From: a virus
Taxonomy: Duplodnaviria; Caudoviricetes
Strand: one strand, 5' to 3'
Length of the DNA: 38,853 bases
IMG/VR virus record: IMGVR_UViG_3300044466_000024
Coordinates: 1-38,853 of that record
The notes under the pieces are model-generated. The model did not search any database and had not been told where the DNA came from. It saw only the letters and a list, made by a program, of their open reading frames with translations. Below, piece by piece: positions 15,579-25,031 of this stretch; within the stretch, counting starts at the first letter, position 1; every line of letters begins with the position of its first letter. The position numbers were made by a program, and so were the translations under genes.

Positions 15579-16055
15579 TCAGTACCCTCCCCCAAGCGTT
15601 CGGAGCGTCTTCCCGGTCGACGGAATCACCGTCGGCATCGGCCGACCACGCGACGCCGCGATCGCGCGCAAGGTGGATTCGGCCGCCTCCCGATACGGTT
15701 GACGCCGCGCCTGCTCGGCTTCGAACTGTCGGCGCTGCTCAGCGATCATCTGGTCGTATTCGAGCCGCCGACGTGTCTCGTTGTCGCGCTCGAGGTCGAG
15801 CGCGCGATCCGTGGCCTTGCCCTGTCGGCGCGCGCCATAGATGTTCGCCCCCGCCGAAATACCTGCCCCCGCCAACGTGGCGAGTGTGGCACCGCTCAAC
15901 CCGCCGCTGGCGGCACCAGCGGCACCAGCGGCACCGGCACCACCCGCAGCCGCCGCGCCGCCACCGATCAGCCCAGGAATCCCGATCGCGCCCAAGCCAC
16001 CCGTCGCAATGAGACCCGCGCCGATCGCGAGCGGCATCCAAATCATTTTACTCAT
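15579..16055 (-). CDS. Gly/Ala-rich pilot/ejection protein (gp7 N-terminal type), 158 aa
   Basis: Hydrophobic Gly/Ala N-terminus, AGISAGANIYGA, then QPYREAAESTL. Confidence 0.7.
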   Translation of the reverse strand: MSKMIWMPLAIGAGLIATGGLGAIGIPGLIGGGAAAAGGAGAAGAAGAASGGLSGATLATLAGAGISAGANIYGARRQGKATDRALDLERDNETRRRLEYDQMIAEQRRQFEAEQARRQPYREAAESTLRAIAASRGRPMPTVIPSTGKTLRTLGGGY

Positions 16056-16426
16056 GGTTTCACCGGCACTGGAATCACAACCAACTGACCAGGTAACGGC
16101 TTCCCGAGCGCCGTTGATGCGATGTCGCGCATTCGTTCATCGCGCACGCCGGCGACCACCGCCGAAATTCCAGCCTGCGCGGTCTCGGTATTCAATGAAT
16201 GCACGAGTCGCCGCAAGACTGCCGCTTTCCCACGATGATCCGGCGCGACCCATAAGCCTTCAATATGGAGCGCCCAGATCGCCGCCCAACAGCCCACGAT
16301 CCGACCGTCGCTATCTTCCACGACGATCACCACCGCACGATCGCCAGACAACCGATCGGCGAGCCCGTCAAGTTCGGTGCCTTCGAGCCGATCCCATTCC
16401 GCCGCCGGCAGGACGCGCGTCGTCAT
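16052..16426 (-). CDS. GNAT-fold protein (P22 gp14 position), 124 aa
   Basis: VIVVEDSDGRIVG...HIEGLWVAPDHRGK is GNAT motif A. ATG 16426 overlaps the upstream stop. Confidence 0.75.
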   Translation of the reverse strand: MTTRVLPAAEWDRLEGTELDGLADRLSGDRAVVIVVEDSDGRIVGCWAAIWALHIEGLWVAPDHRGKAAVLRRLVHSLNTETAQAGISAVVAGVRDERMRDIASTALGKPLPGQLVVIPVPVKP

Positions 16427-16914
16427 GCATCCACCCGCTCGAGCACTACGTCGAGCCGGTACTGCATCGTCGTGCCCCCGACGCTCGCGTACGTCGTGCT
16501 GTACGTCAGCGGGGAACTCGCATCGACCCGCAGTAGATACGTGTTCGTCTGCACCGTCGTGACCGTGTTCCCCGTCATGGCCGCGCCCGAGAGCGTTAGC
16601 GCGATCGTTGATTCGACCCACCCGATCGTGACCGTGAGACTGCTCGACGTCGTGGCGGCTCGCGTAATCCGGGCGTATGTCGTGACTCGGTACAGCCCCG
16701 CCGAGAGCGCGCCCGTTGGAATCGACGTCGCCCCGATCGAGGCCGACTGATCGACGAGCGTCACCGTCCGCACGCGCTGTGACGTCGCGTTCTGCTGCGT
16801 CCCGAGTGTCGTAAACCAATCGATCCATTTCTCCGTCAGCCGCCCCCACTGTTTGAGTGGCGCCGGGAGTTGCGCGATCGGATCCTCGACCGGGAATGGC
16901 GCAAGAGTTGGCAC
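16423..16914 (-). CDS. Tail accessory protein (position after gp10), 163 aa
   Basis: PFPVEDPI...GRLTEKWIDWF N-terminus, Thr-rich beta C-terminus. Synteny. Confidence 0.7.
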   Translation of the reverse strand: MPTLAPFPVEDPIAQLPAPLKQWGRLTEKWIDWFTTLGTQQNATSQRVRTVTLVDQSASIGATSIPTGALSAGLYRVTTYARITRAATTSSSLTVTIGWVESTIALTLSGAAMTGNTVTTVQTNTYLLRVDASSPLTYSTTYASVGGTTMQYRLDVVLERVDA

Positions 16915-18372
16915 TCATGCCGCTCCCTTCAACGTCACCGACGCGCCCACGATCGGCGTCGGCACGGGATCAGTCACGACGATCTCGGGCATCCACTGCC
17001 GGCCCCGACCGCACAGCACCCACCGGACACGCGCCCCGTATTCGCCGCGCTTCCCCATCGAGCGCGACCGCTCGGCCCCGAACGTCTTCCCGCCATCCGG
17101 CGAGACGCGCAGCGACATCTGCGGATCGACCCCTTGCCCGCTCGTCAGCCCGACGCCGGGCTGTGTGTGCACCTCGAAACTCGAGACGTTCACCCAGGCG
17201 TTCTCTTGCCAGAGCGCCGGCGGCCGACGCACGCGACGAATCCGCCGCCCTTCGACGTCCGCTGAGACGTTCGGTGACATGCGGTAGACCGTGCCACCGG
17301 CGCGATCGAGCATCAGATGGTGCCCGAAGGCGAAGTGATGAAACAGCGGGCGCCATGCTACGAACCGCGCATCCTCGCTGATCCACGTCGCGCGAGAGGT
17401 CCAGCGCATCGACGGCGGTAAATCCTGCGTCGTTGTCGCGTCGTAGCAGAAGGTCAGATCCGCGTTCGGGAGCGTGAGCAGATAGAAGCTGTGGCCGTTG
17501 GAATCCTCGTGCGTGTCCCCGATGGCATCGCTGATCACTGAGGCCGTGGCAATCGTCGCCTGCACGGCAAACGTGCTCACAATCGACGGCGTGAAGCCCG
17601 CCGCCTGCATGACTTGGCCGTGCCCTTCGGCGGAGGCCGCAACCCAGAACAGCAACCCGCTGAGCACCTTCGGCGAGAACGACGCCGCGCATCCGTGCGG
17701 CACCAGACCCGAGGGATGCGGCGCGAACGGAAACGGGAAGGCATCGGCGTTGTACCAGACTTCCGAGGTCTGCTCCCCGAGCAGCCAGATGTAGCGGCCG
17801 ACGACGATCATCGACACCCACGGATCCGGCCGAATCGAGCGCTGCGCGAATTGTGTCGGATCCCACGTCGTCCCGTCGAGCAAGTCGGAGATGTAGAACG
17901 TCGACGTGGTGACATCGAGCACGAGAAAATACCCGTCGAGATGCCCGCCGATCGTCGCCGTGAACGCCACCGGGATACTCGTCAGCGTGTCGGTGGTCAG
18001 GTCGTAGATGTAGAGCAGTCCGCCGGACGTAATCAGGAGTTGCCCGCCGCCGTCCCCATTCGTCGTGATCGTCGCCGGGTTGTGATCGACCGCGACGGTT
18101 CCGCGCGTCGTGAGCGTGCCTGTCGCCAGCTCTTCGTACAGCGTCGCGCCGATGATGACGAACGCGCGCCCATCCATCGAAAAACTCGCGCGGCCGTCGG
18201 AGGGCACCGCCGGCGTCGCGAACGTCTCCATGCCGGGAATCGGCATCAGCACGTGCCGAGATTTCCCGCCGGGCCCTTGCGCCTGCTCGACGTAGTAATT
18301 GAGCGTCAACGCGCCATCATGAAACGGCTGTGAGCTGGACGCCGATCCGCCTACGAAATGGGGGTACTCCAT
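16915..18372 (-). CDS. P22 gp10-like tail hub / packaged DNA stabilization protein, 485 aa
   Basis: Start MEYPHFVGGS at 18372. LDGYF, WLLGEQTSEVWYN, GCAAS, SPDGGKTFG, GEYGARVRW motifs. Confidence 0.9.
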   Translation of the reverse strand: MEYPHFVGGSASSSQPFHDGALTLNYYVEQAQGPGGKSRHVLMPIPGMETFATPAVPSDGRASFSMDGRAFVIIGATLYEELATGTLTTRGTVAVDHNPATITTNGDGGGQLLITSGGLLYIYDLTTDTLTSIPVAFTATIGGHLDGYFLVLDVTTSTFYISDLLDGTTWDPTQFAQRSIRPDPWVSMIVVGRYIWLLGEQTSEVWYNADAFPFPFAPHPSGLVPHGCAASFSPKVLSGLLFWVAASAEGHGQVMQAAGFTPSIVSTFAVQATIATASVISDAIGDTHEDSNGHSFYLLTLPNADLTFCYDATTTQDLPPSMRWTSRATWISEDARFVAWRPLFHHFAFGHHLMLDRAGGTVYRMSPNVSADVEGRRIRRVRRPPALWQENAWVNVSSFEVHTQPGVGLTSGQGVDPQMSLRVSPDGGKTFGAERSRSMGKRGEYGARVRWVLCGRGRQWMPEIVVTDPVPTPIVGASVTLKGAA

Positions 18373-19097
18373 CAGTTCCCCGAATAGACGTTTGACGGCC
18401 CGCGGGTCTGCCCGATGAGCTGATCGGCCGAGAAGCCCAATTCCCGCATCCGAGTGTTCGAGCGCTTGATCCGCGCCATCGCCTGACGGTGCGCCTTCAC
18501 GATCTGCTCGTCCACCCGTTGATCGAGCATCGCGGCCAGTTCCATCGTGAGCCCGGTCCGATAGAACCGGCGGTAGCCATTCGGCAGGAGCACCGTATCC
18601 GTCAGCGCCGCGAACTCCGTCACCGGTGAGCCGTGATACATGACGCCGAGCACCGAGCCGGCCCCGTCCCAGAGCGGCCACGGCTTGAGCGCGCCGAGCG
18701 GAAACGTCGGATCGTAGTACCACCGCAACGGCTGGCCCGTGGCCGCCTTCTGCGAGATGCTCGCGTACTCCTGTGGCGTGAGCGGCAGATCTAGATTGAT
18801 CTCGCTCGCCGGCGAGGTCGATTGCGTGACGACGCCAAGCACGCGGATATGCCCAGGGCTGGCCGGGCGCACCACGTTGATCATCCCGCCGACACCGACC
18901 GAGTAACTCGCCGCGCCCGTCAGCGTCCACGTCGTCCGCGTTTCGGTGAAAAAACTTAGGCCATCATTCGCGAGGTCATCGATCCAGTCGTTGACCCGCG
19001 CAAGCCCGAGCGCCGACAACTCGGCTGGCACGGAGTCGCCCGGCGCGATTACGCCCAACTCTTGGAGGCTTGCGATGATGAGATCCCCAATCGACAT
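18372..19097 (-). CDS. P22 gp4-like head-to-tail adaptor
   Basis: DLIIASLQELGVI...GLARVNDWID...GQPLRWYY...LKPWP...LPNGY...LTMELA pattern. Synteny with gp10. Confidence 0.85.
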   Translation of the reverse strand: MSIGDLIIASLQELGVIAPGDSVPAELSALGLARVNDWIDDLANDGLSFFTETRTTWTLTGAASYSVGVGGMINVVRPASPGHIRVLGVVTQSTSPASEINLDLPLTPQEYASISQKAATGQPLRWYYDPTFPLGALKPWPLWDGAGSVLGVMYHGSPVTEFAALTDTVLLPNGYRRFYRTGLTMELAAMLDQRVDEQIVKAHRQAMARIKRSNTRMRELGFSADQLIGQTRGPSNVYSGN

Positions 19098-19100
19098 CCG

Positions 19101-19598
19101 TCAGTACCGATAGTCGTAGCCGTACCCGAACCTCGTCCACGGTGCGCCATCCCCGCCACCGCCCCCATCCGCAACGAGCGTGGCCGCTGGTGCACTGATC
19201 GTTACCGTGGGCGCTCCTGCCAACAACGCCACGGCTCCAGTCACCACGGCAGCCGCCGGCGCGCTCAGCGTGACCGTCGGCGCCGTTGCTTGCAGGCCAG
19301 CCGCCGCGACGCGCGTCGCTGTGGGCGCTGTGAACGTGACGACGGGCGCGCCCGCTTCAAGCACCGTTCCGCCGCCCCCTTCAACCAACGTAGCCGTCGG
19401 CGCCGAGAAAGCGACCAGCGGCGCCGTCGCCAATAAGGCAATCGTGGCTATGCGCACAGCAGCCGGTGCAGTGATGATCACGAGCGGTGCCGTCGCGGCC
19501 AGGGCTTGCGCCACGTAATCGATGATGAGCACACCGCTCCCGTCTTCGAGTTGATAGCCGTCAGGCGCCCCGGACTCACGTAGGTAGCGGTCCGCCAT
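19101..19598 (-). CDS. Virion-associated protein with about 20-aa A(T/G)APxVxxxAP repeats
   Basis: YQLEDGSG N-terminus, six repeats, GAAGGA RBS. Confidence 0.7.
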   Translation of the reverse strand: MADRYLRESGAPDGYQLEDGSGVLIIDYVAQALAATAPLVIITAPAAVRIATIALLATAPLVAFSAPTATLVEGGGGTVLEAGAPVVTFTAPTATRVAAAGLQATAPTVTLSAPAAAVVTGAVALLAGAPTVTISAPAATLVADGGGGGDGAPWTRFGYGYDYRY

Positions 19599-19607
19599 TT
19601 TGTTCCT

Positions 19608-20264
19608 TCATGCCACCCTGACTAATTCGAGCATCGTATCCGCCATGACCTGCGTGGACGTCGCGGTCTCAGAGGCATGGCCGAGCGTGAGACTACCGGA
19701 CGTGGACACCGTCAGCAGCCCTTCGATCGTGCAATGAATGTCCGCGTTGATCGTATCGACGTCGGTGAACGGTCCCAGCGCGGCATCGTTGACGCGGGTC
19801 GATGCGATAGCGTAGACGTTGCCGGTCGTGGCGTTGATTTCCTGATCCATGACGCCGGTCGCCGCCGTCACGCCCCCGCTCGGGAAGAGCAACCGCGCCA
19901 GAATGCGCGTGATCGTCCCGCTGTGCCCAACGCGGAATTTGACCGAGACCGTCGCCGACGAGGATTGCACGACGATGTCGTAGCGAAAACGATACGTGCC
20001 TGCCGCAACACTCGTCGTCGTCATCACCGTCGCGAATGTCGTCGTGGCGTTGGCCGCTGCGTTCGAGTTGAGACGTTGGAGGGTCTTTGACGGTGCCGCG
20101 TTGGCATTGGCCGCGCCACTGTTGCCCGTGATCAGCAACGTGAGCATGTCGCGGACTTGGGCACCCGTGAGCTTCTTGGAGGTGCCCGCTTCGTTGATCG
20201 CAAATTCGTTGGCCGGCGCCGCCGCACTCGCCGCCGTCAACGCGCTGATCTTGGTATCGGCCAT
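19608..20264 (-). CDS. Fiber-like virion structural protein, 218 aa
   Basis: MADTKISALTAA N-terminus, typical of phage fibers; beta-rich C-terminus. Confidence 0.75.
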   Translation of the reverse strand: MADTKISALTAASAAAPANEFAINEAGTSKKLTGAQVRDMLTLLITGNSGAANANAAPSKTLQRLNSNAAANATTTFATVMTTTSVAAGTYRFRYDIVVQSSSATVSVKFRVGHSGTITRILARLLFPSGGVTAATGVMDQEINATTGNVYAIASTRVNDAALGPFTDVDTINADIHCTIEGLLTVSTSGSLTLGHASETATSTQVMADTMLELVRVA

Positions 20265-20270
20265 TGACCA

Positions 20271-20636
20271 TCACCGCACCGCAGGGTCAGGAATAGACCC
20301 GTTCCGCCGGAGCTTCTTGTACTGCTCGATCGTGAGTCCGCGCTGACAGGCCGGACATTCAACCGGGCTCGTTGTCCAGCCGCGCTCATGCGCCAGACCG
20401 TTCCAGGTCAACGCGTGCGACGGCCGCAGCGAGTGCCCGCGCAGCGAGGGATGCGTCTCGAAGTTCGATGGGCCTTCTGGCCGCTCGTGCCGCGCCCGGA
20501 TCGTCAACTCCGCGCCACAGTGACACTTCCATGTGCGACGGTAAACGTACGTTTTCTTTGCCGCGCGCAGTTCGTCGGGAGTCAGGGCCACGCGCGTGGC
20601 GGTCTTTGTCGGCCGAAGCCACTCCATCAGACCCAT
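20271..20636 (-). CDS. Zn-ribbon hypothetical protein
   Basis: WKCHCG...GW...VECPAC. Coupled start (TAATG). Confidence 0.7.
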   Translation of the reverse strand: MGLMEWLRPTKTATRVALTPDELRAAKKTYVYRRTWKCHCGAELTIRARHERPEGPSNFETHPSLRGHSLRPSHALTWNGLAHERGWTTSPVECPACQRGLTIEQYKKLRRNGSIPDPAVR

Positions 20637-21055
20637 TAGGCCCCCTTGAGCGCCCCGCCATTCGCGGGCGTGGCGAATTGCACCGTGATGTCGCCGCCGT
20701 TGGTCGGCGTGTCCGTCAAATCGTAGAAGGCATACACGGGCGCCGTGGCATCGCTCCCGGTATGCCGGAAGAGCACTTGCCCGATGACCGTCTCCCCGGC
20801 CGCAAGGCCGGTATAGACGGCATCCGTGGCATCGAGGTACGCGAAATCGTTCGCGTCGTCCTCGGTGACCGTCTCCCCGGCGAGCGTCTGCCGCGCGTAC
20901 CCAGCAACAGTAACCTCAGTGATCCCGTCCATGAAGTTCATATCCACCGTCGGCGCCGTCGTTTTGATCAACGCGACCCGGAGGTCGGCCGCGTCAAGAT
21001 TGGCGTCGCCGGTGAAGAGTTCGAACTTGCATTTATTCGTGACGAGATCGGCCAT
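20636..21055 (-). CDS. Conserved phage structural protein, 139 aa
   Basis: DLRVALI...EVTVAGYARQTL...TPTNGGDITVQF pattern, as seen in virion fiber-associated proteins. Confidence 0.75.
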   Translation of the reverse strand: MADLVTNKCKFELFTGDANLDAADLRVALIKTTAPTVDMNFMDGITEVTVAGYARQTLAGETVTEDDANDFAYLDATDAVYTGLAAGETVIGQVLFRHTGSDATAPVYAFYDLTDTPTNGGDITVQFATPANGGALKGA

Positions 21056-21058
21056 GCG

Positions 21059-21307
21059 CTACACCTGGTAGCAGGCAACGAGATCCGTGGCCGTCGTGTT
21101 CGTCAGGTTGATGCGCTTCAACTTGAACGGGAGAATCGTGCCCGTCAGCGCCCCCAGGAACGTGATCGTGGTGTCGTCTGGCATGACGCCCACGATGTTT
21201 CCGCCGACGCCGACGTAGATCGCATCCGGCACCACGGCGAAGTTCACCGTATCGCTCCTTACGACGGCGACGAACTTGTTGAGATTCTGTAGACCGGGCT
21301 GCGCCAT
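21059..21307 (-). CDS. Head spike base protein, RcGTA Rcc01079-like, 82 aa
   Basis: AVVRSDTVNF...AIYVGVGGNI...TITF...GTILPF..KRI..TNTTAT. Confidence 0.75.
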   Translation of the reverse strand: MAQPGLQNLNKFVAVVRSDTVNFAVVPDAIYVGVGGNIVGVMPDDTTITFLGALTGTILPFKLKRINLTNTTATDLVACYQV

Positions 21308-21309
21308 GA

Positions 21310-21921
21310 TCAGGCTCCGACCGGCTCAGTGGTGCGCGTCCGCGGCCCCGGCTTTTTCGGCGCCGGCACGTCGACCACGTGCTCATCCGCCCGCTCGTCG
21401 AATCGCTCGCGCTCGGCTTTGGCTTTCTCGCCCATGTGGCGATCGGCGTAGGCGCTCTCCGCTGCCGCCTGCGCGATCTCGGCATCGAGCGCTTTCTGCC
21501 AGTCCACGGCCGCCTGTGGCGATTCACGCCAACCCTGCGCCCAGGCCATCTCCAGTTCGCGCGCATCGCGAACCGTCTTCGTCGCCTCGTCCTTGTCCCG
21601 CTGCGCGTCGGCGAGCCAGACGATGTAATCCTGCTGCTGGTCCTGTCGGATCCGCATCCGCACCACGCGCTCGTACTTCTCGCACGCCGTCACGTACCCG
21701 GCGTTGAAGAGCATCTTGGGGAACGCGCGATACTCGTATTTGGGAAACACGAGCTTGGAGTACATCCCGTTGATCCACGGCGCGTTTTTGGCATCGTGGA
21801 GCGCCTTCCCGGTCAATTCCGGCTCGGGCACCATCAGATTGAGTTCCCGAGCGCGCTCGTTCAGGAATTCCTGAAACAGCGCCTTGAGTTCGTCGGCGGT
21901 CGCGTCGCGCAATCCATTCAT
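21310..21921 (-). CDS. Hypothetical protein, 203 aa
   Basis: AGGAG RBS. FPKMLF...AQGWRESP motifs of post-capsid genes. Confidence 0.75.
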   Translation of the reverse strand: MNGLRDATADELKALFQEFLNERARELNLMVPEPELTGKALHDAKNAPWINGMYSKLVFPKYEYRAFPKMLFNAGYVTACEKYERVVRMRIRQDQQQDYIVWLADAQRDKDEATKTVRDARELEMAWAQGWRESPQAAVDWQKALDAEIAQAAAESAYADRHMGEKAKAERERFDERADEHVVDVPAPKKPGPRTRTTEPVGA

Positions 21922-21936
21922 GCGTACTGACTCCTG

Positions 21937-21971
21937 AAAAGCGGGCGAGCAGGATCACGCCTGCCCGCCCG
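21937..21971 (-). terminator. Intrinsic terminator after the capsid/decoration genes
   Basis: CGGGCGGGCAGG-CGTGAT-CCTGCTCGCCCG-C-TTTT. Confidence 0.75.
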
Positions 21972-21978
21972 TGTCGAA

Positions 21979-22623
21979 TTACGCGAGGCCCGCGCCCGCG
22001 ATCGTGGCGGCACCCGCCACCACCGAGGACACCGTCCACGCCCCGCCGCCCGCCACCGCGCGAAGCGACATCGTTTGATCCGCCTTGAACGTCGCCACGT
22101 CTGCCGTGGCGCCGACGAGGCCGAGGCCGCCCGTGAACGTCACGGTATGCGCGGCCTTGCCGTTGCCGACGATCTCGAGCACGTCGCCGTCCTGCGCGGT
22201 CGACGGCGCCGCGACCGTCATCGCCAGCGCCGCGGTCCCGTTGATGATCGCGAGCATGTTCGAGCCAGGCGTCGGGAGTGTGATCGCCCCAGCGGCGTTG
22301 TACTCCTTGACCTGTGTCGCCTTCTTGACGAGATTCGTCACCAGCTCACCCGGGATCGGCTGCGGCCAATCCGAGCCCGCCGTTGATGGACCGAGCCCGA
22401 AGACCGCTCGGATACCAGAGGCGTGCGCGGCCTGCGCCGTCCCTTCCTGTCCGCGCAGCACGCGAACCGGCGTAGTTGCCGCCGCCGGCACCTCGAGCAC
22501 CTTCATGAACTCGCCCTCGATCTTGACGAGTCCACCGACAGCGAAGCTGGTCAAGCTCGCGACCAGGATCGTGGTGTCGTTCAGGCCGACCGCGGCCGAG
22601 AGAGTCGTTGCAGCAAGTGCCAT
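21979..22623 (-). CDS. Capsid decoration/cement-like protein, 214 aa
   Basis: GAAAGGAG RBS before ATG 22623 (MALAATTLSAAV...). Directly after the coat gene and inside the same terminator. Confidence 0.75.
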   Translation of the reverse strand: MALAATTLSAAVGLNDTTILVASLTSFAVGGLVKIEGEFMKVLEVPAAATTPVRVLRGQEGTAQAAHASGIRAVFGLGPSTAGSDWPQPIPGELVTNLVKKATQVKEYNAAGAITLPTPGSNMLAIINGTAALAMTVAAPSTAQDGDVLEIVGNGKAAHTVTFTGGLGLVGATADVATFKADQTMSLRAVAGGGAWTVSSVVAGAATIAGAGLA

Positions 22624-22649
22624 TGTTCTGTCTCCTTTCCTCTCTCGGG

Positions 22650-23867
22650 TTAGCTCGCGAACCGAACGGCAAATTCCGGCCGTACGGTCTTGAAGCCGTA
22701 GATGGAATCCAAGCGTGACGGATGCTGATCGGATATGATGTCGCTGTCCTCCCAGTACCGCAGCGCCATCCCGACGCCCTTCATGCGCACCCGCTTCGCC
22801 GTGCCGCTGTTCGGCTGCACGAGATCGGCGGACGCCATGCAGAACGCTTCCGGGTGATAGCCGAGCCCCTGCGGCGTGACCGTGTTCGCCGCGCCAACGA
22901 TGGTGAGCGCCGCATTGTCCGCCGGCAGTGAATCGACCGTCTGGTACTGCGGCGTGAGCGGTCCGATCATCGGCGGATAGATCGGAATCGTCGCGTTGCC
23001 CGAGCCATCGGATGCCGTGGGCGCCGTCACGACGAACTGCTGCAGTTGCGTCGTGCTGACGCGGCTCTGCGGATGCACCGCAAAGACACCCGCGATCGTG
23101 AACACGTCGCCTTTGTTGAGCCGATTCGCCGCCGCCGCCGTCCAGCCGTCGGTGATGAGCGATGAGCCGGTCTGCGAGGCACCGTTGACGAGCGGCGTGC
23201 CGCCGAGCGGCCCCACGGTATGCACCGCCTGCAGCGCATCCTCGAACCACTCATCCCAGGACAGCGCCGCGCCCGAGAACATCGCTTCCTTCCACAGCTC
23301 GGAGATATCCCGGGCCGGGTTGAAGAGCGACAGGTTGGCGTTGGCGATGGTCGCGCGCATCAGCGGATAGATCAGCGCGCGGCGTGGACCTTTCGGCGCC
23401 CCCTGGTTCGTCAGGCGTGCGGCGGCGAGCAGGTACACCGAGTTCGCCGACGGGATCGTGCCCGGCGTGCCTTCGAGGTTGAAGACGTCCTGATACAGCC
23501 GCGACAGGCCGTCCGATCCGATCGTCGCCGCCATCTGCTGACCGGCCGGCGTGACGAACCGCTCCATTGCGTCTTGGAGTTCCAAGGTCGCTTGGAACGA
23601 GGACCAGGACCACGGAATATTGGCCTGATCCGTGATGGTGATACGGACCTGGGTATCGACGATCGCCTGTGGCGCGATCGCTTGACCCTTCGCCGTATTG
23701 AACCGCTGCGGCAACCGCACGCCGACTTCGGCGCCGACCTTGGTCCCCTGGACTTGGAAATCGTCCGAGAGCTTCCGGGTGATAGTGGCGGGAAACTGCG
23801 GCGTACTCCCGGCCACGGTCAAGACCTGCCGACCCATCCAGGTCGGGGTCAAAAGGGTATTCGGCAT
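22650..23867 (-). CDS. Major capsid protein, P22 coat (gp5) family
   Basis: MPNTLLTP...KVGAEVGVRLP...GDVFTIAGV..V.PQSR...LQQFVV...SRLDSIYG. GGAGG RBS. Confidence 0.92.
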   Translation of the reverse strand: MPNTLLTPTWMGRQVLTVAGSTPQFPATITRKLSDDFQVQGTKVGAEVGVRLPQRFNTAKGQAIAPQAIVDTQVRITITDQANIPWSWSSFQATLELQDAMERFVTPAGQQMAATIGSDGLSRLYQDVFNLEGTPGTIPSANSVYLLAAARLTNQGAPKGPRRALIYPLMRATIANANLSLFNPARDISELWKEAMFSGAALSWDEWFEDALQAVHTVGPLGGTPLVNGASQTGSSLITDGWTAAAANRLNKGDVFTIAGVFAVHPQSRVSTTQLQQFVVTAPTASDGSGNATIPIYPPMIGPLTPQYQTVDSLPADNAALTIVGAANTVTPQGLGYHPEAFCMASADLVQPNSGTAKRVRMKGVGMALRYWEDSDIISDQHPSRLDSIYGFKTVRPEFAVRFAS

Positions 23868-23873
23868 GCGCCG

Positions 23874-24899
23874 TTACCTCCGTCCGTGTCGAGCCGTCAG
23901 CAGTTGACGCGAGTGATACGCATAGTGCTCGTCATCACTGGCGTCATCGCCGGGCGGGTCGTCGGACACAATGGGAGCGCTCTCGACCGGCCGGACGGGA
24001 GGACGCGCCTGACTGATTTGCGCGACTGGAGCGGGGGCCGGTGTTTTCGGGGCCGCGTCCGTCGCGAGCTTGTGACCAAGGATCGCCATCTGCCGCGTGA
24101 GGTCGCGCGGTTGCAGCGTGGCGAGACGCTGAAGCTCATCGGGGTGAGCCGAGAGATGAACAAGTAGCTGTGCGGCGTGCTCGGAATCGACCACTTCATC
24201 CGCGATCGCGTTCCAGACCGTGCGACGCTCGCCGGGTTTCAGGAGGTGTGATGGCGTCAGGTTGCCGACGTCATCGGACAGCTTGTTGAGAAACTCTGGA
24301 TCTGCCGTGACGGCCGCCCCGATGCGCTGGCGGTACCCGGCCTCGCGCTCCTGATGCCGCTGTTCGGTGGACGTCCGCGCGTGATCGCGCTGTGACGCCT
24401 CACGAACCTTTTTCACTTCCTGCCGCGCCGCGTGCGCGGCCGTATCGGTGACGAACCGCTGCCAGTCTTCGCCGTAGTCCTCCACTTTCGGCGCGGGATC
24501 GGTATCAACCGCAACGGCCGGCTTGCGCTCGAGCGGCGTCAGTCGCCCTTCATCGGCCAGCCGTGCGCGCTCTTCGGCCCTGGCGGCACGTTCCTCAGCC
24601 AGTCGCGCCTTCTCAAGCGCCTGCGCGATGCGCGCTTCAGGATCCCGGCGCGGGTTACCCGGCCTCGCGACCGACTTCGCGGGCTCTGCCGCCTTTTCGA
24701 CGAATTTCCCTGTGGACGGATCGCGCGGACGGTCATCGGCTGGCTTCGCGGCCTTCGCTGGGTCCGGCGCGGGAGGCTCTTCGACAGACTCACCCCCAGC
24801 GGGCGCAGCAGCTTCCTCGACAGGTTCCGACACGACGGCCGGCGGCGGCGTATGACCTTCGTCTACTTGGATGCCGTCGCTGTCGATCTCACCGAACAT
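23874..24899 (-). CDS. Scaffolding protein, 341 aa
   Basis: ATG 24899. Acidic/Pro-rich N-terminus, coiled coil, PKVEDY, ISQARPPVRPV. Located between portal and coat. Confidence 0.85.
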   Translation of the reverse strand: MFGEIDSDGIQVDEGHTPPPAVVSEPVEEAAAPAGGESVEEPPAPDPAKAAKPADDRPRDPSTGKFVEKAAEPAKSVARPGNPRRDPEARIAQALEKARLAEERAARAEERARLADEGRLTPLERKPAVAVDTDPAPKVEDYGEDWQRFVTDTAAHAARQEVKKVREASQRDHARTSTEQRHQEREAGYRQRIGAAVTADPEFLNKLSDDVGNLTPSHLLKPGERRTVWNAIADEVVDSEHAAQLLVHLSAHPDELQRLATLQPRDLTRQMAILGHKLATDAAPKTPAPAPVAQISQARPPVRPVESAPIVSDDPPGDDASDDEHYAYHSRQLLTARHGRR

Positions 24900-24916
24900 G
24901 CAGCGCCTTTCGAGGT

Positions 24917-24983
24917 ACAAAAGAAAAGGGCCACGGTCGGAGCAGTGCTCCAATCGTGGCCCTCGGGTCGTTCCGTTCGAGCC
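24917..24983 (-). promoter_or_regulatory. Structured leader/terminator element, copy 2
   Basis: GGCTCGAACGGAACGACCCG-AGGGCCACG[variable stem-loop]CGTGGCCCT-TTTCTTTTGT just before the scaffold start. Confidence 0.85.
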
Positions 24984-25031
24984 TAGTAAATTACTGCCGC
25001 GCCCGCAGCCGCGCGAGCGTGCTCTAGCGTG

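Noticed and set aside
15905-15945. GCGGCACCA tandem repeats
   Set aside because: Simply encode the Gly-Ala-Ala tract of the pilot protein.
8923-24983. CRISPR array or IS ends as the explanation of the two-copy element
   Set aside because: Only two direct copies 16 kb apart, each internally a hairpin plus U tract; no cas or transposase gene.
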